Positions 50,483 to 62,950 are shown, numbered from the whole stretch's first letter. The stretch is 63,648 nucleotides of DNA, filler included, from Lama guanicoe (GCA_013239625.1; 160 parts of 160 records of this genome joined end to end with filler, not necessarily neighbours in it), one strand, 5' to 3'. The notes: generated by a model not told the origin, from the letters alone. Translations and numbers: made by a program.

Positions 50483-50582
50483 NNNNNNNNNNNNNNNNNN
50501 NNNNNNNNNNNNNNNNNNNNNNNNNNTTAATTAATTAANNNNNNNNNNNNNNNNNNNNNNNNNNNNNNNNNNNNNNNNNNNN

Positions 50583-50881
50583 TTCAATGGTTTTTAGCAT
50601 GTTTGTGGGAAAAGGGTACTACATTCGGCTATTATTTTATAAAAGATGACTATTTATAAATATAGACACAGGCGTAGATATAGATATAGTCATAGATACA
50701 GATATAGATATTGATGTATAGACACAGATATCATGCACTGTAAAAATGCTGCAATGAACACAGGGGAGCATATATCATTTCAAATTAGTGTTGTTGTTAT
50801 CTTAGTGTAAATACCCAGAAGAGGAATTGCTGAATCATATGGTAGTTCTATTTTTAACTTTTTGAGGAACCTCCATACTGT
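50583..50881 (-). mobile_element. LINE-1 fragment interrupted by (TAGATA)n-like repeat
   Basis: aatgctgcaatgaaca; atacccagaagaggaattgctgaatcatatggtagttcta. Confidence 0.8.
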
Positions 50882-52577
50882 NNNNNNNNNNNNNNNNNNN
50901 NNNNNNNNNNNNNNNNNNNNNNNNNTTAATTAATTAANNNNNNNNNNNNNNNNNNNNNNNNNNNNNNNNNNNNNNNNNNNNGTCCTCCTGGAGACTGTGT
51001 ACATTTAATGTGAACTCTTTCTGTATTCATTCTGTTTTTGAAGCTGAGCTTCCTTTTTCCAGAGGCCCTCCATTGGAGCCCTCATCTGTGCTGCTCCCTG
51101 GGCCTATCAGCAAGTAGATCGCTCCTACACCGAACACTGGTTCTGGAGCCGCTCTCTTTACAGTAAGCTGGCTTCTCACTGCCCTGTCTGAGGCTGCAGT
51201 CAGATATTTCTGACTGAGCAGGCAGGAGTGTGTGTCATGCCCTCTCCCAGCACCATGGTCAGAGGCTGCATTCAACCCCANNNNNNNNNNNNNNNNNNNN
51301 NNNNNNNNNNNNNNNNNNNNNNNNTTAATTAATTAANNNNNNNNNNNNNNNNNNNNNNNNNNNNNNNNNNNNNNNNNNNNGGGAGCGCTCCCCTCACAGT
51401 GTAGCCAGAACCATCATTTTGTTCTCACTCTCTGAACTGTCTCAGGGCAAAGAAGTTGTTCCTTACACTCAGTGTTGTTTTGTTTTGTTTTTAGGTGGTT
51501 TTTTTGGGGGGGTCTATTCTTGATTTCATTTAAATTCTCTTTCTTTTGTATACTATTTAAATTATTTATTGAAATCATATCTAGGCAAGATGAGAGAAAG
51601 GGAGACAGGTACATCGAAAGCAAGATCTTCCATGTCGACTTGCAACCCCCCTGCCAGCACCCCTGGTCTGACAGGCTCCNNNNNNNNNNNNNNNNNNNNN
51701 NNNNNNNNNNNNNNNNNNNNNNNTTAATTAATTAANNNNNNNNNNNNNNNNNNNNNNNNNNNNNNNNNNNNNNNNNNNNAGTTAAGTATTTCCTCTATCT
51801 GATCTATTTCTTTTCATAGAGAAAAATACTATTATTTGCACATGAGCTACTTTTACTCCTCTGGAAATATCTAACTGTGAGCTCAGTGTAAGAGTTGTCT
51901 ATTGCACAGTAGGAAAAAAATGATTCATTTCACAGTGAAGATCAGAATCTTTTTTTTGAGGGGCGTTGTGAGCTGGGGGACAAGGGAAATGTCTTTGTTT
52001 TGAGGCAGACCATAGTAATCCATACTGAAGCTGAAAGATGAAGCCCTTGTGAAGAAATGTGAAAGGACACACTGACACNNNNNNNNNNNNNNNNNNNNNN
52101 NNNNNNNNNNNNNNNNNNNNNNTTAATTAATTAANNNNNNNNNNNNNNNNNNNNNNNNNNNNNNNNNNNNNNNNNNNNAGTCTCTTAAAATGTCTTCTCT
52201 CCGTAGCGTTTCTCTGCCGCCGAGGAGTCCTCAGAAAGCCCGCATCAGCTGTCCATTCAGGCATGCAGGGCCGTTACAGAGCTTCTGGGGGTCGTGATTC
52301 CCCAGAAACATGACGTGTTCAGAAGCACGTGTGACAGGAGGGCGTGTAAGCCCGGCGGCTCCACAGCCTGACTTGAAAATTCACCCGGGGAATTTGCCCT
52401 CCCAGCTGAGCTTCCCAAATGCCTTTCAACCCAGTGGTCTATTCTGTCTTTGTCAGTGTCTCTCTTATGCCTTTTAANNNNNNNNNNNNNNNNNNNNNNN
52501 NNNNNNNNNNNNNNNNNNNNNTTAATTAATTAANNNNNNNNNNNNNNNNNNNNNNNNNNNNNNNNNNNNNNNNNNNN

Positions 52578-52876
52578 TAGGTTTTTTTAGAGCAGTTTTA
52601 GGTTTACAATAAAATTGAGAGGAAGATGCAGAAATTCCCCCCAAATACCACTTCCCACCTCTCCCATTATCAACACAACTCACCAGAATGATACATTTTT
52701 TACCAAGGATGAACCTATATTGATATATTATGATCACCCAGACTCCATAAAGTTTACTTCAGAGTTCACTCTTCATATGGGACATTCTATGGGTTTAGTC
52801 AAATGTGTAATGACACATATACATTACTATATCTTATGGAGTATTTTCACTGCCCTAAAAATCCTCTCTGATCTGC
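52578..52876 (-). mobile_element. L1MC1/2-type 3' end
   Basis: tttttagagcagttttaggtttaca; gatgaacctatattgata; ttcactgccctaaaaatcctct. Confidence 0.85.
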
Positions 52877-52976
52877 NNNNNNNNNNNNNNNNNNNNNNNN
52901 NNNNNNNNNNNNNNNNNNNNTTAATTAATTAANNNNNNNNNNNNNNNNNNNNNNNNNNNNNNNNNNNNNNNNNNNN

Positions 52977-53674
52977 CTTCTACCTCACAAGGCTAACTTA
53001 ACCACTGCTATATATATATTTTTAAATGGGTACGTTTGGGCAGTAAAGACCATAATAATTTCTCCTGAGTCTAATACCCTCTTTGGGAGACTCAGTTAAA
53101 CACCACCAGCTGATAAAATATTATCTCACAAGTGCTATCATATTATAGAAATAGTTCTAGTAGAAAACCAAATTCTTGATTTTCATGTTCTACATCTTAT
53201 TTAGGGGGAATTAATTAATTTCTCCTGGGTCCAGCTTTTCTACTTTATAGGGATTTTGAAAGTAATGTATGCGTGNNNNNNNNNNNNNNNNNNNNNNNNN
53301 NNNNNNNNNNNNNNNNNNNTTAATTAATTAANNNNNNNNNNNNNNNNNNNNNNNNNNNNNNNNNNNNNNNNNNNNCTTCTACCTCACAAGGCTAACTTAA
53401 CCACTGCTATATATATATTTTTAATTGGGTAAGTTTGGGCAGTAAAGACCATAATAATTTCTCCAGAGTCTAATACCCTCTTTGGGAGACTCAGTTAAAC
53501 ACCACCAGCTGGTAAAATATTATCTCACAAGTGCTATCATATTATAGAAATAGTCCTAGTAGAAAACCAAATTCCTGATTTTCATGTTCTACATCTTATT
53601 TAGGGGGAATTAATTAATTTCTCCCGGGTCCAGCTTTTCTACTTTATAGGGATTTTGAAAGTAATGTATGCGTG
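52977..53674. repeat. Near-duplicate contig pair 52977-53275 / 53376-53674 (7 substitutions)
   Basis: Direct comparison; 49 identical nt at each end. Confidence 0.97.
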
Positions 53675-53774
53675 NNNNNNNNNNNNNNNNNNNNNNNNNN
53701 NNNNNNNNNNNNNNNNNNTTAATTAATTAANNNNNNNNNNNNNNNNNNNNNNNNNNNNNNNNNNNNNNNNNNNN

Positions 53775-54073
53775 GGCGCTATACCATATATCCTCGTTGC
53801 TTACCTGTTTTCTGCATAGTAGTTTGTGTCTTAATCTCCTACCCCTATCTGGCTCCTCCCCCTTTCCCTCTCCCCACTGTTCTCTGTATCTGAGTCTGTT
53901 TCTGTTTTGTTATACATTGGTTTGTATTATTTTTCACATCCCACATATAATAACATAGGGTATTTGTCTTTCTCTGTCTGACTTATCTCACTAAGCAAAT
54001 AATCCTAAAATTTGTATGGAACCCAAAAGACCCAGAATTACCAAAGCAATCTTGAGGAAAAAGAACAAAGCCT
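53775..54073. mobile_element. LINE-1 inversion junction (3' UTR on minus, ORF2 on plus)
   Basis: Antisense 3' UTR to ~54000, then sense ILKFVWN.KRPRI.KAILRKKNKA-like sequence. Confidence 0.8.
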
Positions 54074-54173
54074 NNNNNNNNNNNNNNNNNNNNNNNNNNN
54101 NNNNNNNNNNNNNNNNNTTAATTAATTAANNNNNNNNNNNNNNNNNNNNNNNNNNNNNNNNNNNNNNNNNNNN

Positions 54174-54471
54174 GCATTTCTCTGATAATTAGTGTTATTG
54201 AGCATTTTTTCATGTGCCTATTTATCATTTGTATTTCTTCCTTCGAAAATTGCTTGTTTAGGTCTTCTGCCCATTTTTGGATTGTTTGTTTGCTTTTTTC
54301 TCATTAAGTCATATAAGCTGCTTATATATTCTGGAGATGAAGCCTTTGTTGATTTCATTTGCAGAAATATTCTCCCATTCAGTACATTGTCTTCTTGTTT
54401 TCCTTATGGTTTCCTTTTGAAGAGAAGCTTGTAAGTTTCATTAGGTCCCATTAGTTTATTCTTGCTTTTAT
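54174..54471 (-). mobile_element. LINE-1 ORF2 fragment
   Basis: gcatttctctgataattagtg..ttgagcattttttcatgtgcc; aggtcttctgcccatttt. Confidence 0.9.
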
Positions 54472-54571
54472 NNNNNNNNNNNNNNNNNNNNNNNNNNNNN
54501 NNNNNNNNNNNNNNNTTAATTAATTAANNNNNNNNNNNNNNNNNNNNNNNNNNNNNNNNNNNNNNNNNNNN

Positions 54572-54870
54572 CACTCATAAGGCCGTTCTCCAGAATGAAC
54601 TCTCTGATGACAACGGAGGATGTAGTTAGTCTTAAAGGCTTTCCCACAGACACCGCACTCATAAGGCTTTTCTCCTGTGTGACATTTCTGATGATACGTA
54701 AAAGAAGACTTGGACCTAAAACATTTCCCACAGTCACCGCACTCATAAGGCCTTTCTCCAGAATGAATTCTCAGATGGTAAAGAAGGGCGAAGTTATTGG
54801 TCAAAGATTTCCCGCACTCATTGCACCTTTTAGAAGACCTCTTTCCAGAATGAACTTCCTGACGGGAACA
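54572..54870 (-). CDS. C2H2 zinc-finger array fragment (KRAB-ZNF type)
   Basis: Frame open across the contig; three complete CxxC..HxxxH fingers with HSGERPYEC/HTGEKPYEC linkers. Confidence 0.92.
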
Positions 54871-54970
54871 NNNNNNNNNNNNNNNNNNNNNNNNNNNNNN
54901 NNNNNNNNNNNNNNTTAATTAATTAANNNNNNNNNNNNNNNNNNNNNNNNNNNNNNNNNNNNNNNNNNNN

Positions 54971-55668
54971 TGTCCTATGCTCTCCCTCAAGCCATTTTCC
55001 TTTGAACTTTGAACCAAAGATTTCTATGTGTCTTGCTGACACTTACAAATTAACTCCTGAATGTAGTCGTTACAACGGGAATTCGTGGTGGTTTTGCACT
55101 GCATTTCTCCTCTAAGCTACAAGGACTTCTGCTGGAGTTTCTGGGTAGAATGCCTGCCTATTCTGCTAGTGTGAGGGATGAAGAACACTCAGTCTCCATG
55201 GAGCAGAGAGAACTAAGGAGGCCACAACGTGACATGTGGTAGAAAGAGAAGAGAGGGCCTGAGGAACACNNNNNNNNNNNNNNNNNNNNNNNNNNNNNNN
55301 NNNNNNNNNNNNNTTAATTAATTAANNNNNNNNNNNNNNNNNNNNNNNNNNNNNNNNNNNNNNNNNNNNTGTCCTATGCTCTCCCTCAAGCCATTTTCCT
55401 TTGAACTTTGAACCAAAGGTTTCTCTGTGTCTTGCTGACACTTACAAATTAACTCCTGAATGTAGTCATTACAACGGGAATTTGTGGTGGTTTTGCACTG
55501 CATTTCTCCTCTAAGCTATAAGGGCTTCTGCTGGTGTTTCTGGGTAGAATGCCTGCCTATTCTGCTGGTGCAAGGGATGAAAAACACTCGGTCTCCATGG
55601 AGCAGAGAGAACTAAGGATGCCACAACGTGACATGTGGTAGAAAGAGAAGAGAGGGCCTGAGGAACAC
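54971..55668. repeat. Near-duplicate contig pair 54971-55269 / 55370-55668 (13 substitutions)
   Basis: Direct comparison; 49 identical nt at each end. Confidence 0.97.
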
Positions 55669-56689
55669 NNNNNNNNNNNNNNNNNNNNNNNNNNNNNNNN
55701 NNNNNNNNNNNNTTAATTAATTAANNNNNNNNNNNNNNNNNNNNNNNNNNNNNNNNNNNNNNNNNNNNTTTTGAGAATGATCCTGTTCAATGTTTTAGCC
55801 TAAGAAAGATTTGAGTGAAATTAGCTGTTCTATGGTTCATGAATTATTTCTGGCCTGTATCAGCATCGCTCATAAGGAAATGTCAAAGGGCGGAGCAGCT
55901 TGGACAACCCCGCCCTGCTGAGCACTGTGAGGTACCACAGGTGCATTCCTAAAATAAACAGTACTCGTGTATTTCTCAGTCTGTGGCTGCATTCTCCAGT
56001 TTGTCATCACAAACAATGAAAAGTTGAGTGACAGACTCATATTGGCGAAATCTGGCTGCCAATGACANNNNNNNNNNNNNNNNNNNNNNNNNNNNNNNNN
56101 NNNNNNNNNNNTTAATTAATTAANNNNNNNNNNNNNNNNNNNNNNNNNNNNNNNNNNNNNNNNNNNNTGAAACAGTAAAGATGAACTCTACATTGGAGAA
56201 TTTACAAACCTTGATAACCTGTATGACAGCAGAGAAATAGTTGCTTTTTATCATCCATTTTGAGATCACAGTTTGTCTAACAATAAATCAGGAGTCTTTC
56301 CCAAATTGATTTAAATGTCTGCGAGCTAATATGCTCCACTAGCACATGCAGAGACGACATGAGTCTGATGAAGCTGGACATGACAAAGGAAACGTATTAT
56401 TTCCTCCTGATGCCCTGGTTTTAAACCACAGAGTCCATTTTTAAAAGACAAATCATTCCTCCATGANNNNNNNNNNNNNNNNNNNNNNNNNNNNNNNNNN
56501 NNNNNNNNNNTTAATTAATTAANNNNNNNNNNNNNNNNNNNNNNNNNNNNNNNNNNNNNNNNNNNNTTGAAGTTGTCATTTACTACAAAAGGAGCTGCCT
56601 TTTCATTTGGGACTTAAGTTTCCTGACATGGAACAGTGAATCGGACGTGAAGAGCAGGAGTTAATTTGTACTTATATTAGTTAACAGCT

Positions 56690-56815
56690 GTTGTATGGAT
56701 ACCAACGCATTTAATCCTCACCACAATGCAGGCAGGATTATGACACCCATTTTGCAGATCCTGGGACTCAGAGGGGCAAACAGACTTGCTGACACAGTCA
56801 GTGTGGCCCTGGGCC
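56690..56815 (-). mobile_element. MIR SINE
   Basis: catttaatcctcaccacaa..cccattttgcagat..actcagagggg. Confidence 0.7.
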
Positions 56816-57137
56816 ACCAGGGCCTGGACTCTTCTTGGTCATCACCAACGTCTCCACAGCCAGAANNNNNNNNNNNNNNNNNNNNNNNNNNNNNNNNNNN
56901 NNNNNNNNNTTAATTAATTAANNNNNNNNNNNNNNNNNNNNNNNNNNNNNNNNNNNNNNNNNNNNAGAACACCAAGAAATTAGTAAGTTAAGCTCTAAAT
57001 GTCATGGTTCATATTTAGAATGAGATAACTTTTATTTGTTTTAAATGAAAATAATAGATTAAGTCAAAAGAATATTATAAATAATATTGATGAAACAGTG
57101 TTAGAGATACGAAATTTTCACATTAAGACTAATTTAC

Positions 57138-57264
57138 CTGATTTGGTTTATTCCTTATGCTCTTCAGTTCGCATTCTAGTGCTCGGGCAGTGATTTCGAG
57201 TTGTTGGTTCACGGAAACTGGCTCATTGTATTGTTTCTCTTTTCTTTTTAAATCATCCTTAGAT
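57138..57264 (-). CDS. ANKRD26/CCDC144-family coiled-coil exon (3' part; not in the ORF track)
   Basis: SKDDLKRKEKQYNEPVSVNQQLEITARALECELKSIRNKPNQ|gtaaat versus recalled ANKRD26 REQLRRKEEQYRKEVEVKQQLELSLQTLEMELRTVKSNLNQ|; phase-0 donor. Confidence 0.8.
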
Positions 57265-57763
57265 NNNNNNNNNNNNNNNNNNNNNNNNNNNNNNNNNNNN
57301 NNNNNNNNTTAATTAATTAANNNNNNNNNNNNNNNNNNNNNNNNNNNNNNNNNNNNNNNNNNNNAGACATATCCATTCTCACTAATACAAGATATGATGT
57401 TTTATTAAGCTACCTATTTTTAAAATTTTCTTTGAGTTATTATGTGTGGCGAAAGTGATTAAGATTTTATTGTAATTTTAAGCCAGCAGCATTAAAAAAA
57501 ATAGTAGTAACATAATGATATGAATTTAAAAAGACAAAAATACCATCTAGCATAAAAAATTTATTAGCAGAAAGTACAGTAATATAAGTGACATATTTTT
57601 ACACATCAGATGGGAAATCTAAGCACTAAAGATGATTTCTCATATTCTGATAATCAGTGGGGTNNNNNNNNNNNNNNNNNNNNNNNNNNNNNNNNNNNNN
57701 NNNNNNNTTAATTAATTAANNNNNNNNNNNNNNNNNNNNNNNNNNNNNNNNNNNNNNNNNNNN

Positions 57764-58062
57764 AGAGTCACAGCCACTCAATCAATGGATTCCCAGCCTG
57801 GAGCCAGTTTACAGACCCAGACCCCCATGAAGGAAAGGGAGGCTTCGTCCCCTTGAGGAAGAGCTCCGGTGCATCACTGAAAATTCATACTGTTGATCTT
57901 TCTCCCGGTCTTTCCCAAAGGCAACAATAGCCTTTATCAGAGTAACTGTGTGTTGGGGAAAAGGAAATAATCCGAATTTGAGGGACTACTAGACCCCGGT
58001 TGTGAACTGACATTGGTTCTGGGACCTTCAAACCTCACCGTGGCCGTCCAGTGAGAGTCGGG
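57764..58062 (+). mobile_element. ERVL internal gag/protease region (decayed)
   Basis: gagccagtttacagacccaga; protease motif relic GLLDPGCELTLV (normally LLDTGSELT) starting at 57983. Confidence 0.85.
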
Positions 58063-58319
58063 NNNNNNNNNNNNNNNNNNNNNNNNNNNNNNNNNNNNNN
58101 NNNNNNTTAATTAATTAANNNNNNNNNNNNNNNNNNNNNNNNNNNNNNNNNNNNNNNNNNNNAAAAAACTGTAAGATATTCCAGATATCGCGCAATGAAG
58201 AGCCATCCCACCACCATGCTTGAATAGTCTTGATCAACTACTCTGAGCATCTGTGGAACTTACTGTTAAAACCTACGGACCTGCCGTTAACAGCAGGTAT
58301 CTGTGTTCATGCCTGCAGG

Positions 58320-58461
58320 GGGAGGAGGGAGTGATCTGTTAATTGTTCTGTTTTTTATTTTAGCACTGGTTATAAGGGTATATTCAGCTTCTAAAGATCC
58401 ATTCAGTGTACATAGGTGACCCTTATATGATATACTTCAATAAAAAGTTAAAAAAAAAAAA
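58320..58461 (+). mobile_element. Ancient L1ME-type 3' end with A-tail
   Basis: atacttcaataaaaagttaaaaaaa. Confidence 0.6.
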
Positions 58462-58960
58462 NNNNNNNNNNNNNNNNNNNNNNNNNNNNNNNNNNNNNNN
58501 NNNNNTTAATTAATTAANNNNNNNNNNNNNNNNNNNNNNNNNNNNNNNNNNNNNNNNNNNNATTTGAACACTTATACATTTGAAAATTATAAAATATGCT
58601 TTGTGAAATATAAGCATATTGTGTATGTTCACTTTACATATACTACATACTATACATTTGAACATGTATAAAGTGTACTGAGATATATATAAAGAGAAAG
58701 AGAGATATCTCTTAGGAATGTTTTAAAACATAGGGGTAGAGACAAACCCAGGAAAATTCACCCTGTTAACAAGAGTCCAGGCAGGCTTCCTAAGGGGGTG
58801 GCATTCAGCTATCAAGGAACCGGGTTCTTGAGTGATGAAGGCATCAGGGGGACCCAGCCANNNNNNNNNNNNNNNNNNNNNNNNNNNNNNNNNNNNNNNN
58901 NNNNTTAATTAATTAANNNNNNNNNNNNNNNNNNNNNNNNNNNNNNNNNNNNNNNNNNNN

Positions 58961-59259
58961 AAGAACTTAAAAGAACTGAAATCATGCAGAGTGCATTCTC
59001 CAAGCACAATGGGCTCAAACCGGGAATCAATAACAAACAGATAACAGGGGAAACTGTACAAGCATGGAAAACAAGCCACATACCTCTCAGCGACCCAGGA
59101 GTCAAGGAGGAAGTGTCAAGGGGAATGAAGAAGTCTGTGGAACAGAATCAAAATAAAAATAGAGCACATCAGAACTTGTGGGATGCAGCCAAGGCAGGGC
59201 CAAGAGGTGTGTCTACAGCACTAAATGCACCTGTCGCAACAGAGTCCATGTCTGATCAA
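58961..59259 (+). mobile_element. Old LINE-1 ORF2 fragment
   Basis: Relic S.HNG.K..INN, QNLWDAAKA, ALNA. Confidence 0.85.
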
Positions 59260-59758
59260 NNNNNNNNNNNNNNNNNNNNNNNNNNNNNNNNNNNNNNNNN
59301 NNNTTAATTAATTAANNNNNNNNNNNNNNNNNNNNNNNNNNNNNNNNNNNNNNNNNNNNTGCGTTGCCTCATATGCACTTTAGATTCCAACAGTCAAATA
59401 CATAGATTTACCAATTTTAAATTTTGATTTTTGTTCATTTTTGTTTTTAACAATTTAAACTGAATAAGCAAATATGAAGCATGAAATATTTATCTATTCA
59501 TAAATAGCTTCTTAGGAGATCTGCAGATAGTAGGAAAAGAAACAATTTCTTGATAAGTGAACACTGATCTTAAAGTATCTTTTGTTACCTTGCTTTACAG
59601 CTGCACAGTTCAATAAAGACATAATGTGAGACATGTATGTAATTTAATGTTTTCAAGGNNNNNNNNNNNNNNNNNNNNNNNNNNNNNNNNNNNNNNNNNN
59701 NNTTAATTAATTAANNNNNNNNNNNNNNNNNNNNNNNNNNNNNNNNNNNNNNNNNNNN

Positions 59759-59930
59759 AGGTACCTGTGTGAGCCACTGAGGCTCAATGCTTCTGGACAT
59801 CTGGAGATTGCAGAGAGCATACCTCAGAGTTGTTCCACCTACGGATAAGGAAGCTAAGTCTTATCCACTAATGCACACCTGTCATTAGCTGAGAGCATTA
59901 ATTCCCCTGTGCGTTTGCCCATCCTAGCCC
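59759..59930 (-). mobile_element. LTR16-like (ERVL) fragment
   Basis: cctcagagttgttccacc..aggaagct..ttatccact..ctgtcattagctgag. Confidence 0.55.
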
Positions 59931-60955
59931 CACCTGAGCAGCTCCAATGGCCACCGTGGCAGTCCAGCTGCGTACAGTAGGGAGCTATGGGGGAGAGGGT
60001 GTGGGATTGGAGGGGAAGCATGATTCCTGAGGAGATATGGACACATTGTGACTATGTNNNNNNNNNNNNNNNNNNNNNNNNNNNNNNNNNNNNNNNNNNN
60101 NTTAATTAATTAANNNNNNNNNNNNNNNNNNNNNNNNNNNNNNNNNNNNNNNNNNNNGGAATCCAAATCAGACTTTGGGAGCATATTGAAAAGAAGGATG
60201 TCGATCACATATTCCAGGGTGCGACTTTAGCTTAGGAGGCCTGAGACTAAGTACACCCATCAGGTAAGTTTTCATTGAATAAATGCAAGTTTTTCTGGTA
60301 GAAAAACTACATTTCCAATTAGAAAACTACTTTTTAGCAACAACAAATTGGTGTCAACAAAAAGACAAGGACAGAAGATCTGCCACTAATATTAGAAGTT
60401 TCTAACTCAAGGTCACAGTCAGTGTATCTCCAATTAGGTAGGAAAGTAAAACCTCTNNNNNNNNNNNNNNNNNNNNNNNNNNNNNNNNNNNNNNNNNNNN
60501 TTAATTAATTAANNNNNNNNNNNNNNNNNNNNNNNNNNNNNNNNNNNNNNNNNNNNAAAAAAATACAAATTAAAGAATAATGTAATATTTAATCTAATTA
60601 TCAAAGATAAAAAGTTCTTTGTATAATACCCAGTGAAGTCAACAAGTGAGGTAACAAATATTCTCATAAACTGCTAGTCAAGATGTAAAATGGTCCATAT
60701 GATTTTGGCAAATAGAAAGGCAGAATATTTACCAATTTTTACATTTGCATTTCCTTAGCATGGGTGCACACACACATAGAAATCACTTTTATGAATTTAA
60801 CCAGTGGAAATAATTTCAGATATATGGAAAGATTTATACTAAGTAAACATTAATTNNNNNNNNNNNNNNNNNNNNNNNNNNNNNNNNNNNNNNNNNNNNT
60901 TAATTAATTAANNNNNNNNNNNNNNNNNNNNNNNNNNNNNNNNNNNNNNNNNNNN

Positions 60956-60995
60956 GCCAAGCATGCGCTCTGCCACTGAGCCCTGCCCTCCCCCC
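60956..60995 (-). mobile_element. Vic-1-like SINE 5' end
   Basis: aagcatgcgctctgccactgagccctgccctcccccc. Confidence 0.7.
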
Positions 60996-61084
60996 ACTAC
61001 TAAAAATGAGACTGACCATTTTATAAGGGAAAAAGGCAAAAGTTAAGACAATTAAAGATTCAAATGGCTTAAAGAGGACCAGAA

Positions 61085-61254
61085 TGTGCTACTAGAAAAT
61101 ACGTCTCTTTGGCGTTCAGGATAATTTTGAGCTGAAGGCAATTAAGGAACAGCAGACATAAGAAAAGATCTAAAATAAACCACACATTTTTCTTTTGCAA
61201 AGGAAATTTCCATTTGTAAAGGTGTCTCCCTCTCCAGTACCTGGAAGAAGAGGA
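61085..61254 (+). mobile_element. MER34-like ERV1 LTR 5' part
   Basis: ctctttggc..aggataattttgagctgaaggcaatt; atttccatttgtaaaggtgtctccctct. Confidence 0.65.
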
Positions 61255-62152
61255 NNNNNNNNNNNNNNNNNNNNNNNNNNNNNNNNNNNNNNNNNNNNTT
61301 AATTAATTAANNNNNNNNNNNNNNNNNNNNNNNNNNNNNNNNNNNNNNNNNNNNCGCGGGAGCAGGGAGCATCTCCTGTGAAGCGCTGTTACAAGGCGTC
61401 GATGTAAAGTCATGGGACACCTGGAGGCTGGCCTGCGAGCGGCCAGCACCTGGTGCAGAGCCGGGTGACCCGGGCCGGCCGGGGGCAGTCGGCGATGGCG
61501 GGGAGCGGGCTGGAGGGTGCCGGGCCCTCTTGGCAGGGGCCGGGCCCCCAGGGCTCGGGGTGGGGCTGAGGGGCAGGGTGTGCTCAGGTAGTCGCCCATA
61601 GAGCACTTAGGGAAGGTCAAGGTCAGTTCTCGGTCAGAGAGCAGGGCTCTGAGNNNNNNNNNNNNNNNNNNNNNNNNNNNNNNNNNNNNNNNNNNNNTTA
61701 ATTAATTAANNNNNNNNNNNNNNNNNNNNNNNNNNNNNNNNNNNNNNNNNNNNGAAGTTAAGGGATTGGCCCAGAGTCACAGAAATTGGGTTAGAGCTGG
61801 TACTGGAACCTACTTCAAGGCTTCAGCATATGTCATACAAACTGATGTGTGTTACAAATGCACTACGTGTATGTTAAACGCAGAACTCTACAAACGCATA
61901 TGAAAATTAGCAACTGTTGGTTAAAGGACTCATACTTAAAAGTAAGAAAATATTTTCATCTTTTATAATCCAGTATGGCTTTAACAAATTCGTTTCTATA
62001 CCTGATAGTCCAGTAAGTCAGGCACTTAAGGTCGAAACTACATTTCAAATCANNNNNNNNNNNNNNNNNNNNNNNNNNNNNNNNNNNNNNNNNNNNTTAA
62101 TTAATTAANNNNNNNNNNNNNNNNNNNNNNNNNNNNNNNNNNNNNNNNNNNN

Positions 62153-62451
62153 TGATAACTACACACAGAAAATCCTAAAGATGCCACCAAAAAAACTACT
62201 ATAAAACTCATCAATGAATTCAGTAAAGTTGCAGGCTACAAAATTAATATATAGAAATCCATTGCATTTCTATACCTTAACAATGAACTACCAGAAACAG
62301 AAGTTAAGAAAACAATCTAATTTCCGATCACATCATAAAGAATGAAATACCCGGGAATAAATGTAAATAAGGAGGTAAAAGATCTCTACTTGGAAAACTG
62401 TAAGGCACTGATGAAAGAAACTGAAGATGACACAAACAGATGAAAAGATAT
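62153..62451 (+). mobile_element. LINE-1 ORF2 RT-adjacent fragment
   Basis: aatgaattcagtaaagttgcaggctacaaaattaatata ([13 protein letters not shown]). Confidence 0.92.
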
Positions 62452-62950
62452 NNNNNNNNNNNNNNNNNNNNNNNNNNNNNNNNNNNNNNNNNNNNTTAAT
62501 TAATTAANNNNNNNNNNNNNNNNNNNNNNNNNNNNNNNNNNNNNNNNNNNNCTGAACGCTGATTTTCCTCTGAGAATCTAGAACTTCTCCATTTTCAGTA
62601 TACAGGTAGGAGTAGTGAGTGCTTCTCTCAAGGGTATGACTGTTGCATGGTTGAGCAGAAGGTGTTTCCCCAGGTTGTAATGATGGATCAGGAATGTATT
62701 AGCAAATGAGATGCAACTAAATACTTTGGACTGTTGAGAAAAAAATCTTATTTTCCTTTAATAGTTTCTGAAAGTACAGACTCAGAACTCCTGCCTAATC
62801 TTACTATACATGGACAGAGCCTGATTGAAAATAGACTCAACAAAAAAGTANNNNNNNNNNNNNNNNNNNNNNNNNNNNNNNNNNNNNNNNNNNNTTAATT
62901 AATTAANNNNNNNNNNNNNNNNNNNNNNNNNNNNNNNNNNNNNNNNNNNN

